Shown here one piece after another: positions 48,108 through 60,373 of a stretch of 64,000 nucleotides of DNA. The DNA is taken from NCBI GenBank assembly GCA_964618725.1, contig CAZUBK010000002.1, forward strand, positions 67,992-131,991. The letters run 5' to 3'. This DNA comes from an uncultured Pseudomonadales bacterium. GTDB taxonomy: Bacteria; Patescibacteriota; Microgenomatia; UBA1400; Chazhemtobacteraceae. The notes beneath the pieces were generated by a model, which was given only the letters and a program-made list of their open reading frames with translations, did no database searches and was not told where the DNA came from. Numbering within the stretch: position 1 is the stretch's first letter; every line of letters starts with the position of its first letter. Made by a program: the position numbers and the translations under genes.

Positions 48108-50243
48108 TTAGGCAGAAACGCCAGAGGACTGTTTAAGTAATGGTGCAGCGATATTGTCGGGCAAAATCTCATAAGAGTGGGGTTCCATGTAGTAGTTAGC
48201 CCGACCTTGAGTAATAGAACGGATATCGGTGGCGTAGTTACTTAATTCGGCCAGAGGAACAAGAGCAGTGACAATGCGGGCATTACCACGTTGATCGTTA
48301 CCAAGAATCTGGGCGCGACGACTACTAAGATTGCCGATGATGTCACCCATGAATTCTTCTGGGGTGGTCACTTCGACTTTCATAATTGGCTCAAGAATGA
48401 CGGGTTTTGCCTTCTTGACGGCATCTTGGAGAGACATAGATCCGGCAATTTTGAAGGCAATCTCAGAGGAGTCGACGTCATGATAACTACCATCGTAGAG
48501 CTCGACTGAGATATCGGTCATAGTGTGACCAGAAATGAGACCGTTATCCATGGCTTCGAGAATGCCTTTTTCGATAGGACTGATAAATTCTTTAGGGATG
48601 GAGCCACCGACAATCTTGTTGAGGAATTCACGGCCTTCACCACGGGCCTTGGGAGCAATGCGGATCAGACAGTGACCATATTGCCCACGACCACCACTTT
48701 GTTTGATGTATTTACCTTCACCATCGGCTTTTTGAGTAATGGTTTCTTTGTAGGCAACTTGAGGGGCACCGGTACTGGCGTCGACTTTGAATTCGCGTTT
48801 GAGTCGGTCAACGAGGATCTCGAGGTGGAGTTCTCCCATGCCGGAGATGACGGTTTGACCAGTGTTTTGATCGGTTCTGATTTTGAAGGTTGGGTCTTCA
48901 TCGGCGAGGCGATTAAGAGCGAGACCTAATTTCTCCTGGTCGACTTTGGTTTTGGGCTCAATGGCGAGGGAGATAACTGGTTCAGGGAAAGAGATACTTT
49001 CCAAAACAACGGGGTTGTTTTCATCACAAAGAGTATTACCAGTGACGGTTTCTTTTAAGCCCACAGCGGCGACAATTTCTCCCGCTTTGGCTTCGTCGAT
49101 TTCCTCACGAGTGTTGGCGTGCATAAGAAGGAGACGGCCAATACGTTCCTTTTCGCGTTTGGAAGAGTTGTAGATATATGTCCCGGACTTGAGGGTGCCA
49201 GAGTAGATACGAATATAGGTGAGACGGCCAACGTGGGGATCGGCCTGGATTTTGAAGGCCAGGGCGGTAATGGGAGCAGCAGGGTCGGGTTTGGGGAAAA
49301 CTTCTTCGCCAGTACTGGCGTTAGTTCCTTTAACGGGGGGGACATCGAGAGGAGAGGGAAGGAAGTCAACAACACCATCGAGGAGGGGCTGAACACCTTT
49401 GTTTCTTAGAGAAGAGCCTGGATAAACGGGGACGATCTGATTACCGATGGTGGCATTTCGCAGGACGGCTTTAAGTTCATCGAGAGTAGGCTCATCTCCG
49501 TTGAGATATTTTTCAAGAAGAGTGTCGTCAAACTCACAGATCTGTTCGATCAAGAGAGCTCGATATTTCTCGACTTCGTCTTTCATATCAGCGGGGATAT
49601 CGGAGGAGATCGTATAGGCGGCGCCAGTTTGGTCGCCTTCCCAGATGACAGTTTGCCTTTCTAGAAGCAAGATGATGCCTTTAAAGAAGTTTTCAACTCC
49701 AATAGGAAGAGCCATAATGGCCGTTTTAGCACCTAACTTTTCATGAACGTCTTTGATGGTGGCGTGAAAGTCGGCACCGAGAACATCCATTTTGTTGACG
49801 AAGGCAATGCGAGGAACCTTGTATTTATCAGCTTGACGCCAGACGGTTTCAGTTTGAGATTGGACACCGGAACCGGCATCTAAGATAACGACGCCGCCAT
49901 CGAGGACACGTAGGGAACGCTCAACCTCAGCGGTAAAGTCAACGTGGCCGGGGGTGTCGATGATATTGAAGCGGTGTTCATTTTTGATGCGGGCGTGTTC
50001 CAAAACAGGAGTCCAAAAGGTGGTGGTAGCGGCGGAGACGATGGTGATACCACGTTCCCTTTCTTGCTCCATCCAGTCCATTTGGGTGTCACCGGCGTCA
50101 ATATTGCCGATTTTGTAGGATTTGCCGGTGTAATACAGGATTCTTTCCGTGGTCGTGGTCTTACCAGCGTCGATATGGGCAATGATGCCGATATTTCTGA
50201 CGTGATCTAGGGGTAGATTTTTACTTGGTGTAGCCATATACAT
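48108..50243 (-). CDS. fusA: elongation factor G
   Basis: [29 protein letters not shown]. Confidence 0.99.
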   Translation of the reverse strand: MYMATPSKNLPLDHVRNIGIIAHIDAGKTTTTERILYYTGKSYKIGNIDAGDTQMDWMEQERERGITIVSAATTTFWTPVLEHARIKNEHRFNIIDTPGHVDFTAEVERSLRVLDGGVVILDAGSGVQSQTETVWRQADKYKVPRIAFVNKMDVLGADFHATIKDVHEKLGAKTAIMALPIGVENFFKGIILLLERQTVIWEGDQTGAAYTISSDIPADMKDEVEKYRALLIEQICEFDDTLLEKYLNGDEPTLDELKAVLRNATIGNQIVPVYPGSSLRNKGVQPLLDGVVDFLPSPLDVPPVKGTNASTGEEVFPKPDPAAPITALAFKIQADPHVGRLTYIRIYSGTLKSGTYIYNSSKREKERIGRLLLMHANTREEIDEAKAGEIVAAVGLKETVTGNTLCDENNPVVLESISFPEPVISLAIEPKTKVDQEKLGLALNRLADEDPTFKIRTDQNTGQTVISGMGELHLEILVDRLKREFKVDASTGAPQVAYKETITQKADGEGKYIKQSGGRGQYGHCLIRIAPKARGEGREFLNKIVGGSIPKEFISPIEKGILEAMDNGLISGHTMTDISVELYDGSYHDVDSSEIAFKIAGSMSLQDAVKKAKPVILEPIMKVEVTTPEEFMGDIIGNLSSRRAQILGNDQRGNARIVTALVPLAELSNYATDIRSITQGRANYYMEPHSYEILPDNIAAPLLKQSSGVSA

Positions 50244-50319
50244 AAATAAAACTGCTTAAATTAAGCAGCTTAAAGCTATTAACGTAGATTATTTTAGCAT
50301 GAAGAGGAGAAAAAAGAAA

Positions 50320-50339
50320 AGCGCACCCGAAGGCGCGCT
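50320..50339 (-). terminator. intrinsic terminator
   Basis: agcgcacc cgaa ggcgcgct, long T tail on minus strand. Confidence 0.8.
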
Positions 50340-50356
50340 AACTGTCGGTGATTGCT

Positions 50357-50461
50357 TTAATAGTTGCCGGTGGCACCTAAAACGGTAGGAAGATGTGACC
50401 ATTTCCGACGAATGTTTTTACCTTCGAAAATGATTGGACCGGATTCCTTTTGTACGTTCAT
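50357..50461 (-). pseudogene. 34-aa truncated paralog of the upstream Bro-N gene
   Basis: MNVQKESGPIIFEGKNIRRKW vs MNEQKESGLIIFEGNNIRRIW. Confidence 0.75.
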
Positions 50462-50468
50462 AATTGGA

Positions 50469-51302
50469 TTACTGTAGTTGTTTTTTTCTAAGTGATAGGA
50501 AGTTTGAATTACTAATGACTTTTCGCCCAGTTACTTTTTCAAGTTTTTTGCGAGCGAATCCCGCGATATTACCACCACGTCTAGCAACTAACTTGTTTTG
50601 ACTGAAGTTCTTTGGTTCCACTGCCTTGGATATCTCAGTTGTGGATGCCTCGGCAAGCATATTAAGAACAAGTTCTAGATTAGTCATATTGTCGCGGAGA
50701 TTCTCTTTTTTGAGGCTCTTGTACTTTTTATAATCTTTAGTTTTTAGTCCGGCCCAGGCAAAAGTTATTTCATCTGTTAGAATGGCAAACTCTTTTCCTT
50801 GTTTGACGCCACGATCTTCCCATTCATCAGTCAGATCTTTTCTTATTTCGATGCTCTTGAGCCGTTGATTAATCCATTCTTTGGAGTATCCGCGGGCGAG
50901 GTAGAAACGCATTGCTCGATTGATAGCTTTTTCTGGATCTTCAGATTCTTCGACTCTCTCGTAACCAACTCGAGCAAGCCAGAGTTTGAATGGTTCGGCT
51001 TTGGAGGAGGGGATGGATTGAATGATACGAAACATGGTTTCGGTGTTGGCAGCGTCAGTAAGATAGAACTTACCATCCTTGGATTTCATTTTCAGTTGGT
51101 GACATTTTGTCACCACCTGACTTCCTTCGTCACGAAGTCGTTGTGCGAGCTTATTCCAGTATTTTCTTGCATCTGCGCTAACACTAAGTACTCCAACAAT
51201 ATCAACTACGGAAAAATACCATTCTTCCTCTTTGTCATTCCAAATACGGCGGATATTATTACCCTCAAAAATTATTAGTCCAGATTCCTTTTGTTCGTTC
51301 AT
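50469..51302 (-). CDS. Bro-N domain (phage antirepressor-like) protein
   Basis: WYFSVVDIV, YWNKL..RL, IQSIPS.KAEPFKLWLA, LRDNMT. Confidence 0.9.
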   Translation of the reverse strand: MNEQKESGLIIFEGNNIRRIWNDKEEEWYFSVVDIVGVLSVSADARKYWNKLAQRLRDEGSQVVTKCHQLKMKSKDGKFYLTDAANTETMFRIIQSIPSSKAEPFKLWLARVGYERVEESEDPEKAINRAMRFYLARGYSKEWINQRLKSIEIRKDLTDEWEDRGVKQGKEFAILTDEITFAWAGLKTKDYKKYKSLKKENLRDNMTNLELVLNMLAEASTTEISKAVEPKNFSQNKLVARRGGNIAGFARKKLEKVTGRKVISNSNFLSLRKKQLQ

Positions 51303-51347
51303 GATTTAATTGAATACCAAACTATACCCGAAGTCAAGGGGTAAAGA

Positions 51348-51371
51348 AAAGCACGCCGAGAGGCGTGCTTT
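51348..51371. terminator. intrinsic terminator
   Basis: aaagcacgcc gaga ggcgtgcttt. Confidence 0.87.
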
Positions 51372-51380
51372 GCAAAAAGA

Positions 51381-51659
51381 TTAGCTGAAAGTAGCAACCA
51401 AAAATACGAGTAAGAAAGTCAAGAGACAAGAACCAAAGAGAGTCCAGAAAAGAAATGAAATCATTAAATACATGGCCCACCACTCATTGGTGGCATCTAG
51501 TTTCTCAAGTTCTTCATTCTCAAGATCGATTCCATTTGTTTCTCGATCGAGAATAATCTTGGTATGGAAGAGAATAGGAATAAATGAAAAAGGAAAGACT
51601 ACTAGAATCCAGAGGAGTTGAAAGATATTGAGCTCGCGGTAAGATTCTTTGTCTGACAA
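51381..51659 (-). CDS. orphan two-TM protein (TTG start)
   Basis: GGAGGT SD, TGcTATAAT, own terminator. Confidence 0.72.
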   Translation of the reverse strand: MSDKESYRELNIFQLLWILVVFPFSFIPILFHTKIILDRETNGIDLENEELEKLDATNEWWAMYLMISFLFWTLFGSCLLTFLLVFLVATFS

Positions 51660-51703
51660 AGTACACCTCCATAGTTTTGGATATGGGTATTATAGCATGA
51701 GAA

Positions 51704-51727
51704 GGCGCAGCCCCTTAGAGCTGCGCC
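51704..51727 (-). terminator. intrinsic terminator
   Basis: ggcgcagc cccttaga gctgcgcc. Confidence 0.8.
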
Positions 51728-51735
51728 AAGAAAAG

Positions 51736-51948
51736 TTAAGGTAAGCGATTGATGATTTTCTTCGTAATATAGCCAAAGAGAAGCATGGCAACTCCAAGCC
51801 AGCTCATGAGGGCGAAGATCACAAGAGGCATAGTACTACTACCATCATTGTTGTTTCCCGCGTCTAGCCAATGCCAAGAGGCCGTAGCTGAGACAGAGAG
51901 ACCAATAAGGTATATAAGTAGCCAAACCAGTCCAGGTATCTGATCCAT
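51736..51948 (-). CDS. orphan two-TM protein
   Basis: AAAGGA SD, TATAAT upstream, own terminator. Confidence 0.7.
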   Translation of the reverse strand: MDQIPGLVWLLIYLIGLSVSATASWHWLDAGNNNDGSSTMPLVIFALMSWLGVAMLLFGYITKKIINRLP

Positions 51949-52015
51949 TTTGAATCCTTTCTAAAGGAGCAAAGATACAGGTATTATAACAGATTTATAT
52001 TGAAAGATATAGGTC

Positions 52016-52492
52016 CTACCAACGGAAGTGACTAAAGGCCTTATTGCTTTCGGCCATTTTGTGGGTGTCGAGCTTCTTCTTGATGGCGGTGCCTTCGTTG
52101 TTTAAGGCGTCGAGAAGCTCGGCGGCAATTTTCTCGGCATAGGTGTGATAGGTAGAGTTACTTCTGGCGCGAGCGGCGTTGACTAGCCAACGGACAGCGA
52201 GAGTCTCTTTGCGGTCACCACGGATTGGGGTGGGGACTTGGTAGGCGGCACCACCGATACGTCGACTTCTGACTTCGATCTGGGGTTTGATGTTTTCGAC
52301 GGCACTACGGAAAACCTCAAGGGGATCCTTCTTGGCTTTGGCTTCAAGGATCTTGAAGGCATCGTAGACTTGTTTTGTCGCGACGGATTTTTTGCCTTCG
52401 TACATGCTGCGATTGATGAGTTTGGCGACGAGCCGGGATCCATAGACTGGATCGGGTTGGATTTCTCGGTGGGGGGCTTTTTTAGAACGCAT
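52016..52492 (-). CDS. rpsG: 30S ribosomal protein S7
   Basis: [28 protein letters not shown]. Confidence 0.98.
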   Translation of the reverse strand: MRSKKAPHREIQPDPVYGSRLVAKLINRSMYEGKKSVATKQVYDAFKILEAKAKKDPLEVFRSAVENIKPQIEVRSRRIGGAAYQVPTPIRGDRKETLAVRWLVNAARARSNSTYHTYAEKIAAELLDALNNEGTAIKKKLDTHKMAESNKAFSHFRW

Positions 52493-52531
52493 GTTATTTG
52501 GGTTTAGTTTCGGTTAATTTATTCAGTACCT

Positions 52532-52966
52532 TTATCCGGTATTTTCAACTTTTGCAGGGGCAGGGCGGCGGGTGCCGTATTTGCTGCGGGAAGTCTTTCT
52601 GCCCTCGACACCGGCGGCATCGTAGACGCCCCTAACAATGTGGTATTTAACACCAGGAAGATCTTTAACACGACCACCTCGAACTAGGACGACACTATGC
52701 TCAGCTAGATTGTGGCCTTCACCCATGATATAGGCGGTGACTTCCTGGCGGTTGCTGAGACGAACACGAGCGACTTTACGAAGAGCGGAGTTAGGCTTCT
52801 TTGGCGTCATGGTCTTGACCTGGAGACAGACCCCGCGCTTTTGAGGATTGGTGGTCTTGATGATGCGACGCTTGGCGGCATTGTAGCTACGACGAAGAGC
52901 GGCGGCTTTGACCTTTTGAATTTTGGCTTTGCGGCCAAATTTAATAAGTTGATTAACTGTTGGCAT
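52532..52966 (-). CDS. rpsL: 30S ribosomal protein S12; start MPTVNQL
   Basis: [18 protein letters not shown]. Confidence 0.98.
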   Translation of the reverse strand: MPTVNQLIKFGRKAKIQKVKAAALRRSYNAAKRRIIKTTNPQKRGVCLQVKTMTPKKPNSALRKVARVRLSNRQEVTAYIMGEGHNLAEHSVVLVRGGRVKDLPGVKYHIVRGVYDAAGVEGRKTSRSKYGTRRPAPAKVENTG

Positions 52967-53060
52967 TTGTTTGTTTTTATTAACTTTCTCGACCAATAAC
53001 GCTTAGTCGAAAAGTAGACGACTTATATTCTACCAAGGTTAAGCGTGATTGACAATCGGG

Positions 53061-56000
53061 TTAGATTGCGGCGCGCTCGGGTGAGGTAGGAATGAGACGA
53101 CCGATAATGACATTCTCCTTAAGACCAGTGAGCGGATCAGTCTTGCCTTCAAGGGAGGCGGTCGTCAAGATCTTGGTAGTATCTTGGAAGGAGGCGGCAG
53201 AGAGCCATGACTCGGTGAAGAGGGAGGTCTGGATTAGACCTAAGATGACGCGAGTTGCAGTAGCTGGTTCCCCACCTTCAGCGACAACGGCCTCATTAGC
53301 GGCCTCAAAGAAACCACTACTGACGACTTCTCCGGGAAGGAGCTTGGTATCTCCGGCAGATTCGACTCTGACTTTGTCGGACATCTTTCTGACGATAACT
53401 TCAAAGTGTTTGTCGTTGATGGGAATGCCTTGAGACTGATAGACACTTTGAACTTCTCTTATCAAATACTCTTGAGCAGCACGGAGCCCTTTAACTTTAA
53501 GGATAGCCCGAGCATCTAAATCACCGGAAGAAAGTTGATGACCGGCAGGGATGAGCTCACCATCAGTTACATTGAGAGTAGCGGTTAGGGGGACCAGATA
53601 TTCATGACGATTTTCTTTGCCGCCGATACTGGGGGTAACGGTAACTCGGAAACCGGCATCAGTTTCTAGTACTTTGACTTTACCGGCAACTTCGGAGATG
53701 GGAGAGAGATTCTTGGGGTTTCTGATCTCAAAGATCTCGGTAACACGAGGAAGTCCTTGAGTAACGTCTAAACCAACTACACCTGAACTGTGCTTGGTAC
53801 GCATGGTTAGCTGAGTACCTGGCTCGCCGATACTTTGGGCGGCGAGGACACCGACCGGATCACCAATAACGGTAGTTTTTCGGTTGGCGAAGTTCCAACC
53901 ATAACAGTGGACACAAAGACCAATACGAGCCTGGCAGGTGAGAGGACTTCTGACTTCTACCTCTCCTACTTTGGCATTGAGAATCTTGTCGAGGGCGACT
54001 TCGTCGATGATCTCGTTAGCACCAAGAATAGCCTTCTTGGTCTTGGGATTGAGTATTTTTGTAGAAGTGAAGCGACCGAGGAGACGTTCAGAAAAATTCT
54101 TACCACGGTCACCTTGCGTGGAAATGAGGAAGCCTTGTGTGGCACCGCAATCTTCAGAGCGGATAATGGCGTCATGACTGGCGTCGACTAGACGGCGAGT
54201 CAGATAGCCGGCATCGGCTGTCTTAAGAGCGGTGTCGATGAGACCTTTGCGAGAACCTCTGATGGAGTTAACGTACTCAAAAATAGAGAGGCCTTCACGG
54301 AAGTTGGCTTTGGTCGGAAGCTCAACAATATTACCAAGCGGATCGACAACGAGACCTCTCATGGCAGAGAGCTGTTTGACGGTGTCTCGAGTGACACGAC
54401 CAGCACCGGACTCGATGATGAGACGGATTGGGTTGTCAGGACGAAAAGCGTCCCAAGTAAGATCGGCGAGTTCGTCGGTGACTTGCATCCAGATTTTGTT
54501 GTTTAAGTTCTGGCGTTCTTGATTGGTAATTAGACCGAGACCAAAGTTTTGTTCGACTTCAGCGACTTCCTTGTTACCACGTTCAATGATTTCCGGTTTT
54601 TTATCATACATTTCGTTGTCAGAAATGGCGAAGGAAAGTCCGGAAGTAGTGCCGGCTTCGAAACCGAGACGCTTAATGTCATCAATGAGTTGGACAACTC
54701 TGCCTGAAGGAAGGGTGGCGAGAGCTTTCTCGAAGAAAGCCTTAATCGTCTTGTTATTGATGGGTTCGTTGACTAGACCGAATTCGGCGGGGAGAACTTG
54801 GTTGAAGATGATGCGTCCAGGAGTGGTCTCAATAATTTGTCCGTTAATTTGGACCTTGATCAATTGGCGAAGAGTAATCTTTTTGAGACTGTTGGCAAGA
54901 AGAACCTCCTTGGTAGAAGCAAAAATGGAGTGAGAGACGGGTAGCTTTTCGTCAATAGAGGTGAGGTAATAGATACCAACGGCCATTTCTTTACGGGCGG
55001 GGACGGTGACAGGAGAGCCTGAGGAGGGTTTGAGAATATTGAACTCAGGAAGCATGTGATTAAGGGCTTCTTCTTTGGCTTTCTTGGTTAGAGGAATGTG
55101 GACAGCCATTTGGTCTCCGTCAAAGTCAGCGTTGAAACCATCACAGACGGCGGGGTGAAGACGAATTGCAGAACCCTCGATTAGAACAGGAAGAAAGGCC
55201 TGGATACCAAGTTTGTGTAGAGTTGGGGCGCGGTTTAGAAGAACTGGATGGTTCTTAGTGATTTCCTCGAGAATGTCAAAGACTTCGGGGGGGCGGTGCT
55301 CGATGATATTCTTAGCCGACTTGACGTTGGGGGCGAGACCCTTGAGAATGAGTTCGCGCATAACGAAAGGCTTGAACATCTCGAGAGCCATCTCTTTGGG
55401 AAGACCACACTGATTGAGATTGAGTTCTGGACCGACAACGATAACGGAGCGACCTGAGTAGTCGACACGTTTCCCGAGAAGGTTTTGACGGAAGCGGCCT
55501 TGCTTGCCCTTGAGCATCTCAGAGAGAGACTTAAGTGGTTTAATACGACGACGACGAGTAGTCTTGCTTTGAGGAGCGTCAATGAGAGAATCGACGGCTT
55601 CTTGAAGCATACGTTTTTCATTTCTTAAGATGATTTCGGGAGCACCGAGTTCGATAAGATAGCGAAGGCGATTGTTACGGTTGATGACGCGACGATAGAG
55701 ATCGTTTAAATCAGAAGTGGCGAACCGTCCACCGGAGAGTTGAACCATGGGACGAAGATCCGGGGGAATGACAGGGAGAGATTTTAGAATCATCCATTCA
55801 GGATCTACGCTTGCGCTCAACATGCCAACAACAACTTGGAGACGCTTAATAGCCTGAAGCTTTTTACTTTCCGGACCGTCTTTGATTTGAGTGCGAAGAT
55901 CGGCGGCAAGCTGGTCAAGATTAACTTTCTTTATGGCTTCGATGATGGCCTCGGCACCCATACCAACGGTAAGGAAGTCGATGGCGTCATAATCCATAAG

Positions 56001-56744
56001 TTTGAGATATTCATCTTCAGAGAGAACTGAGTTCTCATCAATTTGATTAACTAGATCGACGACGGTTTTGTAGATATTTTCGAGGACGGTTTGTTCGGCA
56101 ACCATTTGTTCGCGAAGATTGGCGACTTGTTGCTTGGCTTTTAGTTTGACAGACTCGGATTGAAGAGACTCCTCTTCTTTTTTGGTTTTTTTGGCTGATT
56201 TGACTTCGGATTCGGCAGCACCCTTGAATTCCTCGATTTGGGTATCGAACTTGGCTTTTGTTTCGATTTTCTTTTCTTCTAGTGCCTTGTCTAGATTCTC
56301 AATGATGGTTTGCTTTTTGTTGTCATCGATATCAAGAACGAGGAAACGAGCAAAATAAATGACGGAGGCTAGCTTTTTGGGAGAAAGGTCAAGAAGAAGA
56401 GAGAGTTTGCTTGGAGCGCCTTTGAAAAACCAGACGTGAGCAACGGGAGTGGCGAGTTCAAGATGGCCCATGCGTTCACGACGAACTCGGGAAAGGGTGA
56501 CTTCAACTCCACATTTATCACAGACGATGCCGCGGAAGCGGATACGCTTATATTTGCCACAATAACATTCCCAGTCTTTGGTAGGACCAAAAATTCGCTC
56601 ACAGAAGAGGCCATCCTTTTCAGGCTTAAGAGTACGATAGTTGATGGTTTCAGGCTTAGTAATCTCACCGTGGGACCAGCTTCTGATCTCATCAGGAGAG
56701 GCTAATTTGATTTGGAGTCCCTGGAAGTCAACTAGATTCTTCAT
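53061..56744 (-). CDS. rpoC: RNA polymerase beta' subunit
   Basis: [23 protein letters not shown]. Confidence 0.99.
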   Translation of the reverse strand: MKNLVDFQGLQIKLASPDEIRSWSHGEITKPETINYRTLKPEKDGLFCERIFGPTKDWECYCGKYKRIRFRGIVCDKCGVEVTLSRVRRERMGHLELATPVAHVWFFKGAPSKLSLLLDLSPKKLASVIYFARFLVLDIDDNKKQTIIENLDKALEEKKIETKAKFDTQIEEFKGAAESEVKSAKKTKKEEESLQSESVKLKAKQQVANLREQMVAEQTVLENIYKTVVDLVNQIDENSVLSEDEYLKLMDYDAIDFLTVGMGAEAIIEAIKKVNLDQLAADLRTQIKDGPESKKLQAIKRLQVVVGMLSASVDPEWMILKSLPVIPPDLRPMVQLSGGRFATSDLNDLYRRVINRNNRLRYLIELGAPEIILRNEKRMLQEAVDSLIDAPQSKTTRRRRIKPLKSLSEMLKGKQGRFRQNLLGKRVDYSGRSVIVVGPELNLNQCGLPKEMALEMFKPFVMRELILKGLAPNVKSAKNIIEHRPPEVFDILEEITKNHPVLLNRAPTLHKLGIQAFLPVLIEGSAIRLHPAVCDGFNADFDGDQMAVHIPLTKKAKEEALNHMLPEFNILKPSSGSPVTVPARKEMAVGIYYLTSIDEKLPVSHSIFASTKEVLLANSLKKITLRQLIKVQINGQIIETTPGRIIFNQVLPAEFGLVNEPINNKTIKAFFEKALATLPSGRVVQLIDDIKRLGFEAGTTSGLSFAISDNEMYDKKPEIIERGNKEVAEVEQNFGLGLITNQERQNLNNKIWMQVTDELADLTWDAFRPDNPIRLIIESGAGRVTRDTVKQLSAMRGLVVDPLGNIVELPTKANFREGLSIFEYVNSIRGSRKGLIDTALKTADAGYLTRRLVDASHDAIIRSEDCGATQGFLISTQGDRGKNFSERLLGRFTSTKILNPKTKKAILGANEIIDEVALDKILNAKVGEVEVRSPLTCQARIGLCVHCYGWNFANRKTTVIGDPVGVLAAQSIGEPGTQLTMRTKHSSGVVGLDVTQGLPRVTEIFEIRNPKNLSPISEVAGKVKVLETDAGFRVTVTPSIGGKENRHEYLVPLTATLNVTDGELIPAGHQLSSGDLDARAILKVKGLRAAQEYLIREVQSVYQSQGIPINDKHFEVIVRKMSDKVRVESAGDTKLLPGEVVSSGFFEAANEAVVAEGGEPATATRVILGLIQTSLFTESWLSAASFQDTTKILTTASLEGKTDPLTGLKENVIIGRLIPTSPERAAI

Positions 56745-56759
56745 GTTTGTTTCAAATAT

Positions 56760-59700
56760 TTATTTAATTTCTTCTGGCTCCTCTGAGACTACTTCCTCAG
56801 TGTCGATATCTTCATCATCGCCCAGATCGCCTTGTTCTAACTCTTCATCATCATCGAGGTCGTCCTCTTCTTGATTTTGAAGGTCTCTAATGGAGATACC
56901 AGTGTCTTCTAATGACTCCTCGGCAGAGACGGTGACAGGGGCAAGAGGGGCAGTGTCGTCAGTAATGGCAATCGCTTCGATTGGATTTGTCGGAATGATG
57001 TTTAATCCAAGAGAATTGAGTTCTTTAACCAAAACTTTGAAGGATTCTGGGATGGTACTTTCGGGAATCTCGGTACCCTTAACGATCGCTTCGAAGGCTT
57101 TGGAGCGACCAACAACATCATCGGACTTGATGGTAAGCATTTCTTGAAGAGTGTGAGCACTCTTGTGAGCTTCGAGGGCCCATACTTCCATTTCCCCAAG
57201 ACGTTGACCTCCCATTTGAGCTTTACCACCAAGAGGTTGCTGGGTAACTAGAGAGTATGGACCTGTGGAGCGGGCGTGGGTTTTGTCTTCAACCATATGG
57301 ATGAGCTTCAAGATGTAACCGATACCGACGGCGGTTTCCTCCTGGAAGGGTTCACCCGTTCGTCCATCAGTTAACTGAATCTTGCCAGAAACTGGTAGAC
57401 CAGCTTTTATCATTTGAGCGGTGATACGATCTTCATTGACTCTTTGAAAGACAGGGAGGCCGACTTTAAAACCATTCTTTTCAGTGGCCCAGGCGAGTTG
57501 AGCTTCTAGAAGTTGGCCCAGGTTCATACGAGCGAGGACAGAGAGGAAAGAGATGATGATGTCGACGGGAGTGCCATCGGGGAGGGTGGGCATGTCGGAA
57601 GCGGGGACGACTTTACTGATAACCCCCTTGTTACCGTGACGACCAGCCAGCTTGTCTCCAACGGTAATTTTTCTTAGTTGAGCGACGCGGACTTTAATTT
57701 GCTTGATAACACCCGGATCGAGTTCGTCGCCACCTTCACGGTCGAGGACTTGGACGTCGATAACAGTTCCCGACTCACCATGAGGCATTCGAAGAGAAGT
57801 ATCACGGACTTCACGAGCCTTTTCACCAAAAATGGCTCTCAAGAGTCGCTCTTCAGCAGTTAGTTCGGTTTCACCTTTGGGGGCAATTTTGCCGACGAGA
57901 ATGTCGTTGGGTCCGACGTAGGAGCCGATGGCGACGATACCTTCGGAGGTAAGATTTCTTAGATCGGTCTCGGCGACATTTGGGATATCGGCGGTAAGCT
58001 CTTCTGGACCTAGCTTGGTATCCATGACTTGAGCTTCATACTCATTGATATGAATCGAAGAGAGGAGATCCTCTTTAACAAGACGGTCTGAGACGACAAT
58101 AGCGTCTTCGTAACCGAGTCCCTCAAAGTTGGCGTAGGCGATGATAAGATTTTGACCTAAGGAAAGTTCTCCATTGTGGGAAGCAGGGCCGTCGATAAGG
58201 ACGTCGTCTTTTTTGATGGCGTCACCGGTTTTTACGAGGGGTTTTTGAAGGTAACAGGTGCTCTGGGCGGTGCGATAGAAGGTTTTGAGGAAATAGGTGA
58301 CTGTATCATCTTTGACAGAGAGACCCTGGATAGAAGTGGTTGTGCCAAGTTTTTTCAGTTCATTTTGATATTTGTCAGCGACTTTGATGGTGATGTGAGA
58401 AGCATCACTGCTAATGACGACGCCGTCAAAGTGGGAACGCACTACCCATCCCATGCTCTCGGAGACCATGCCTTCCATGCCGGTACCAACAATTGACGAC
58501 TCTGGGCGAACGAGAGGAACGGCTTGACATTGCATATGGGTTCCCATGAGAGCACGAGTACCATCATCGTGTTGGAGGAAAGGAATAAGAGAGGCGGAGG
58601 TGCCGACAACTTGGTGAGGAATGAGGTCGATTAATTGGATTCTGTTAACATCAACCTCAATGAACTTGTTTAGATGACGAGCGGGGACCCATTCTTCTGT
58701 AATGTAATCACCTTTTCGCTCCACGTCGGCGTGGGTAATGAAGTAATCTTCTTCGTCGTCAGCGGTGAGGTAAACGATTTCGTCGGTGATCTTCATTTTG
58801 GTTTTACCACCTTTTGTTTCAGGAACGACCTTGAAATAAGGAGCCTCGAGGAAACCAAACTCGTTGACTTTGGCATATAGAGCCATATAGGTAACCAGAC
58901 CAATGTTGGGTCCTTCTGGCGATCTGATAGGACAAATCCGAGAGTATTGAGAGGCATGGATGTCGCGCATGGAGAAGGAGGCGCGCTCGCGGGTGACACC
59001 TCCAGTACCCATAACCGAGAGACGACGTAGGTTGTCGATTTCAGCAAGAGGATTGACTTGATCGAGGATAGAAGAGAGACGGTTTCGTCTAAAGAATTCA
59101 GAGATAGTAGCGATAATGGGGCGGGGGTTGACAAGAGAGGAAGGGGTAATGAGTTCTTCTTTCTTAACCAGACTCATTTTCTCACGGATGCTTCGCTCAA
59201 GACGAAGGAGTCCGACGCGGAAAGCGTTTTGAGAAACGAGCTCGCCAACACGACGAACACGGCGATTACCGAGATGATCGATGTCGTCAATTTTACCGGA
59301 ACCGTTTTGAAGCTTGATAAGGTAACTGATGGTAGCGAGGACGTCTTCTTTTTTCAGGACAGAGTTTTCCGGAGTAAGAGGAATGTTTAGACCAAGGCGT
59401 TTGTTGGTCTTGTAGCGGCCAACGAGGCCGAGCTCGTAGCGACGAGGATCAAAGAACATTTGATAGAGGAGCTCCTTGGCGTTGTCTAAGACAGCGGGTT
59501 CGCCGGGTCGGATCTTTTGGTAGAACTCAAGAAGGGCTTCCTGTGTAGTCCTGGTGGGATCTTTGAGGATAGAGGCAGCAATATATTGGTGATCTTGATT
59601 GGTATCAATATCTTTAAAGATGTTTCTGATTTCGTCGTCGTTGTCATAGCCCATGGCGCGAAGAAGAGTAATCGCAGAGAGTTTTCTGTTTCGGTCGATT

Positions 59701-60239
59701 CGGACGGTAATATGGTCATTCTTGTGGACGTTGAACTCAAGCCAGGAGCCACGCATGGGGCGAATCTCAGCACTATGAAGAGGCCGACCAGAGTTGGTAT
59801 CAATTTCACGGCCAAAGAAGACACCAGGAGAACGGACTAACTGGGAAACAACGACACGTTCCACTCCATTGATGATGAAGGTGCCGCGAGAAGTCATTTG
59901 GGGAATGTCGCCTAAAAAGATTTCCTGAGTTTGTTTACTGCCGCCTTCGAGGGAGGTGAGGGTGGCACGGGCACGCAAAGGGGCTTCGTAGGTAAGACCA
60001 CGACGAATACATTCATCAGGGGTGTGTGTAGCGGGACCGAAATAGTGATCAGAGAATTCTAGTTTGAAGGCTTCGGCGGTGAAGTCGGTAATGGGATTGG
60101 TTTCTTCAATAGCCTGACGGATTCCTTCAGTAAGGAACCAATTATAAGAATCTATTTGAACTTGAGCGAGATCTAGTTTGGGAAGTTTTTTATAGTCTTT
60201 TCCCCAGTTGACTCTTTGTTGGGTGTTAACTTTAGGCAT
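56760..60239 (-). CDS. rpoB: RNA polymerase beta subunit (acidic C-terminal tail)
   Basis: PEGPNIGL, GDKLAGRHGNKG, GGQRLGEME. Confidence 0.99.
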   Translation of the reverse strand: MPKVNTQQRVNWGKDYKKLPKLDLAQVQIDSYNWFLTEGIRQAIEETNPITDFTAEAFKLEFSDHYFGPATHTPDECIRRGLTYEAPLRARATLTSLEGGSKQTQEIFLGDIPQMTSRGTFIINGVERVVVSQLVRSPGVFFGREIDTNSGRPLHSAEIRPMRGSWLEFNVHKNDHITVRIDRNRKLSAITLLRAMGYDNDDEIRNIFKDIDTNQDHQYIAASILKDPTRTTQEALLEFYQKIRPGEPAVLDNAKELLYQMFFDPRRYELGLVGRYKTNKRLGLNIPLTPENSVLKKEDVLATISYLIKLQNGSGKIDDIDHLGNRRVRRVGELVSQNAFRVGLLRLERSIREKMSLVKKEELITPSSLVNPRPIIATISEFFRRNRLSSILDQVNPLAEIDNLRRLSVMGTGGVTRERASFSMRDIHASQYSRICPIRSPEGPNIGLVTYMALYAKVNEFGFLEAPYFKVVPETKGGKTKMKITDEIVYLTADDEEDYFITHADVERKGDYITEEWVPARHLNKFIEVDVNRIQLIDLIPHQVVGTSASLIPFLQHDDGTRALMGTHMQCQAVPLVRPESSIVGTGMEGMVSESMGWVVRSHFDGVVISSDASHITIKVADKYQNELKKLGTTTSIQGLSVKDDTVTYFLKTFYRTAQSTCYLQKPLVKTGDAIKKDDVLIDGPASHNGELSLGQNLIIAYANFEGLGYEDAIVVSDRLVKEDLLSSIHINEYEAQVMDTKLGPEELTADIPNVAETDLRNLTSEGIVAIGSYVGPNDILVGKIAPKGETELTAEERLLRAIFGEKAREVRDTSLRMPHGESGTVIDVQVLDREGGDELDPGVIKQIKVRVAQLRKITVGDKLAGRHGNKGVISKVVPASDMPTLPDGTPVDIIISFLSVLARMNLGQLLEAQLAWATEKNGFKVGLPVFQRVNEDRITAQMIKAGLPVSGKIQLTDGRTGEPFQEETAVGIGYILKLIHMVEDKTHARSTGPYSLVTQQPLGGKAQMGGQRLGEMEVWALEAHKSAHTLQEMLTIKSDDVVGRSKAFEAIVKGTEIPESTIPESFKVLVKELNSLGLNIIPTNPIEAIAITDDTAPLAPVTVSAEESLEDTGISIRDLQNQEEDDLDDDEELEQGDLGDDEDIDTEEVVSEEPEEIK

Positions 60240-60373
60240 CTATGGACACTAAATAAATGTAATATTAGGCAGAATTAAAGTTTTAACCCGACCTTGCTGG
60301 GCTCAAGTCGGGTAAGCGCAAAAAACCTGGCTCCGTTACCTAGGAGGCCAGTAAAGGCGAATACATGGAGGGT

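Noticed and set aside
50469-51948. Prophage around the Bro-N gene
   Set aside because: No integrase, structural or replication genes and no att repeats.
25558-60239. Inteins, introns or frameshifts in recA, fusA, tuf, rpoB, rpoC
   Set aside because: All are continuous ORFs of expected length; the rpoC N-terminal insert is coiled-coil-like with no splicing motifs.
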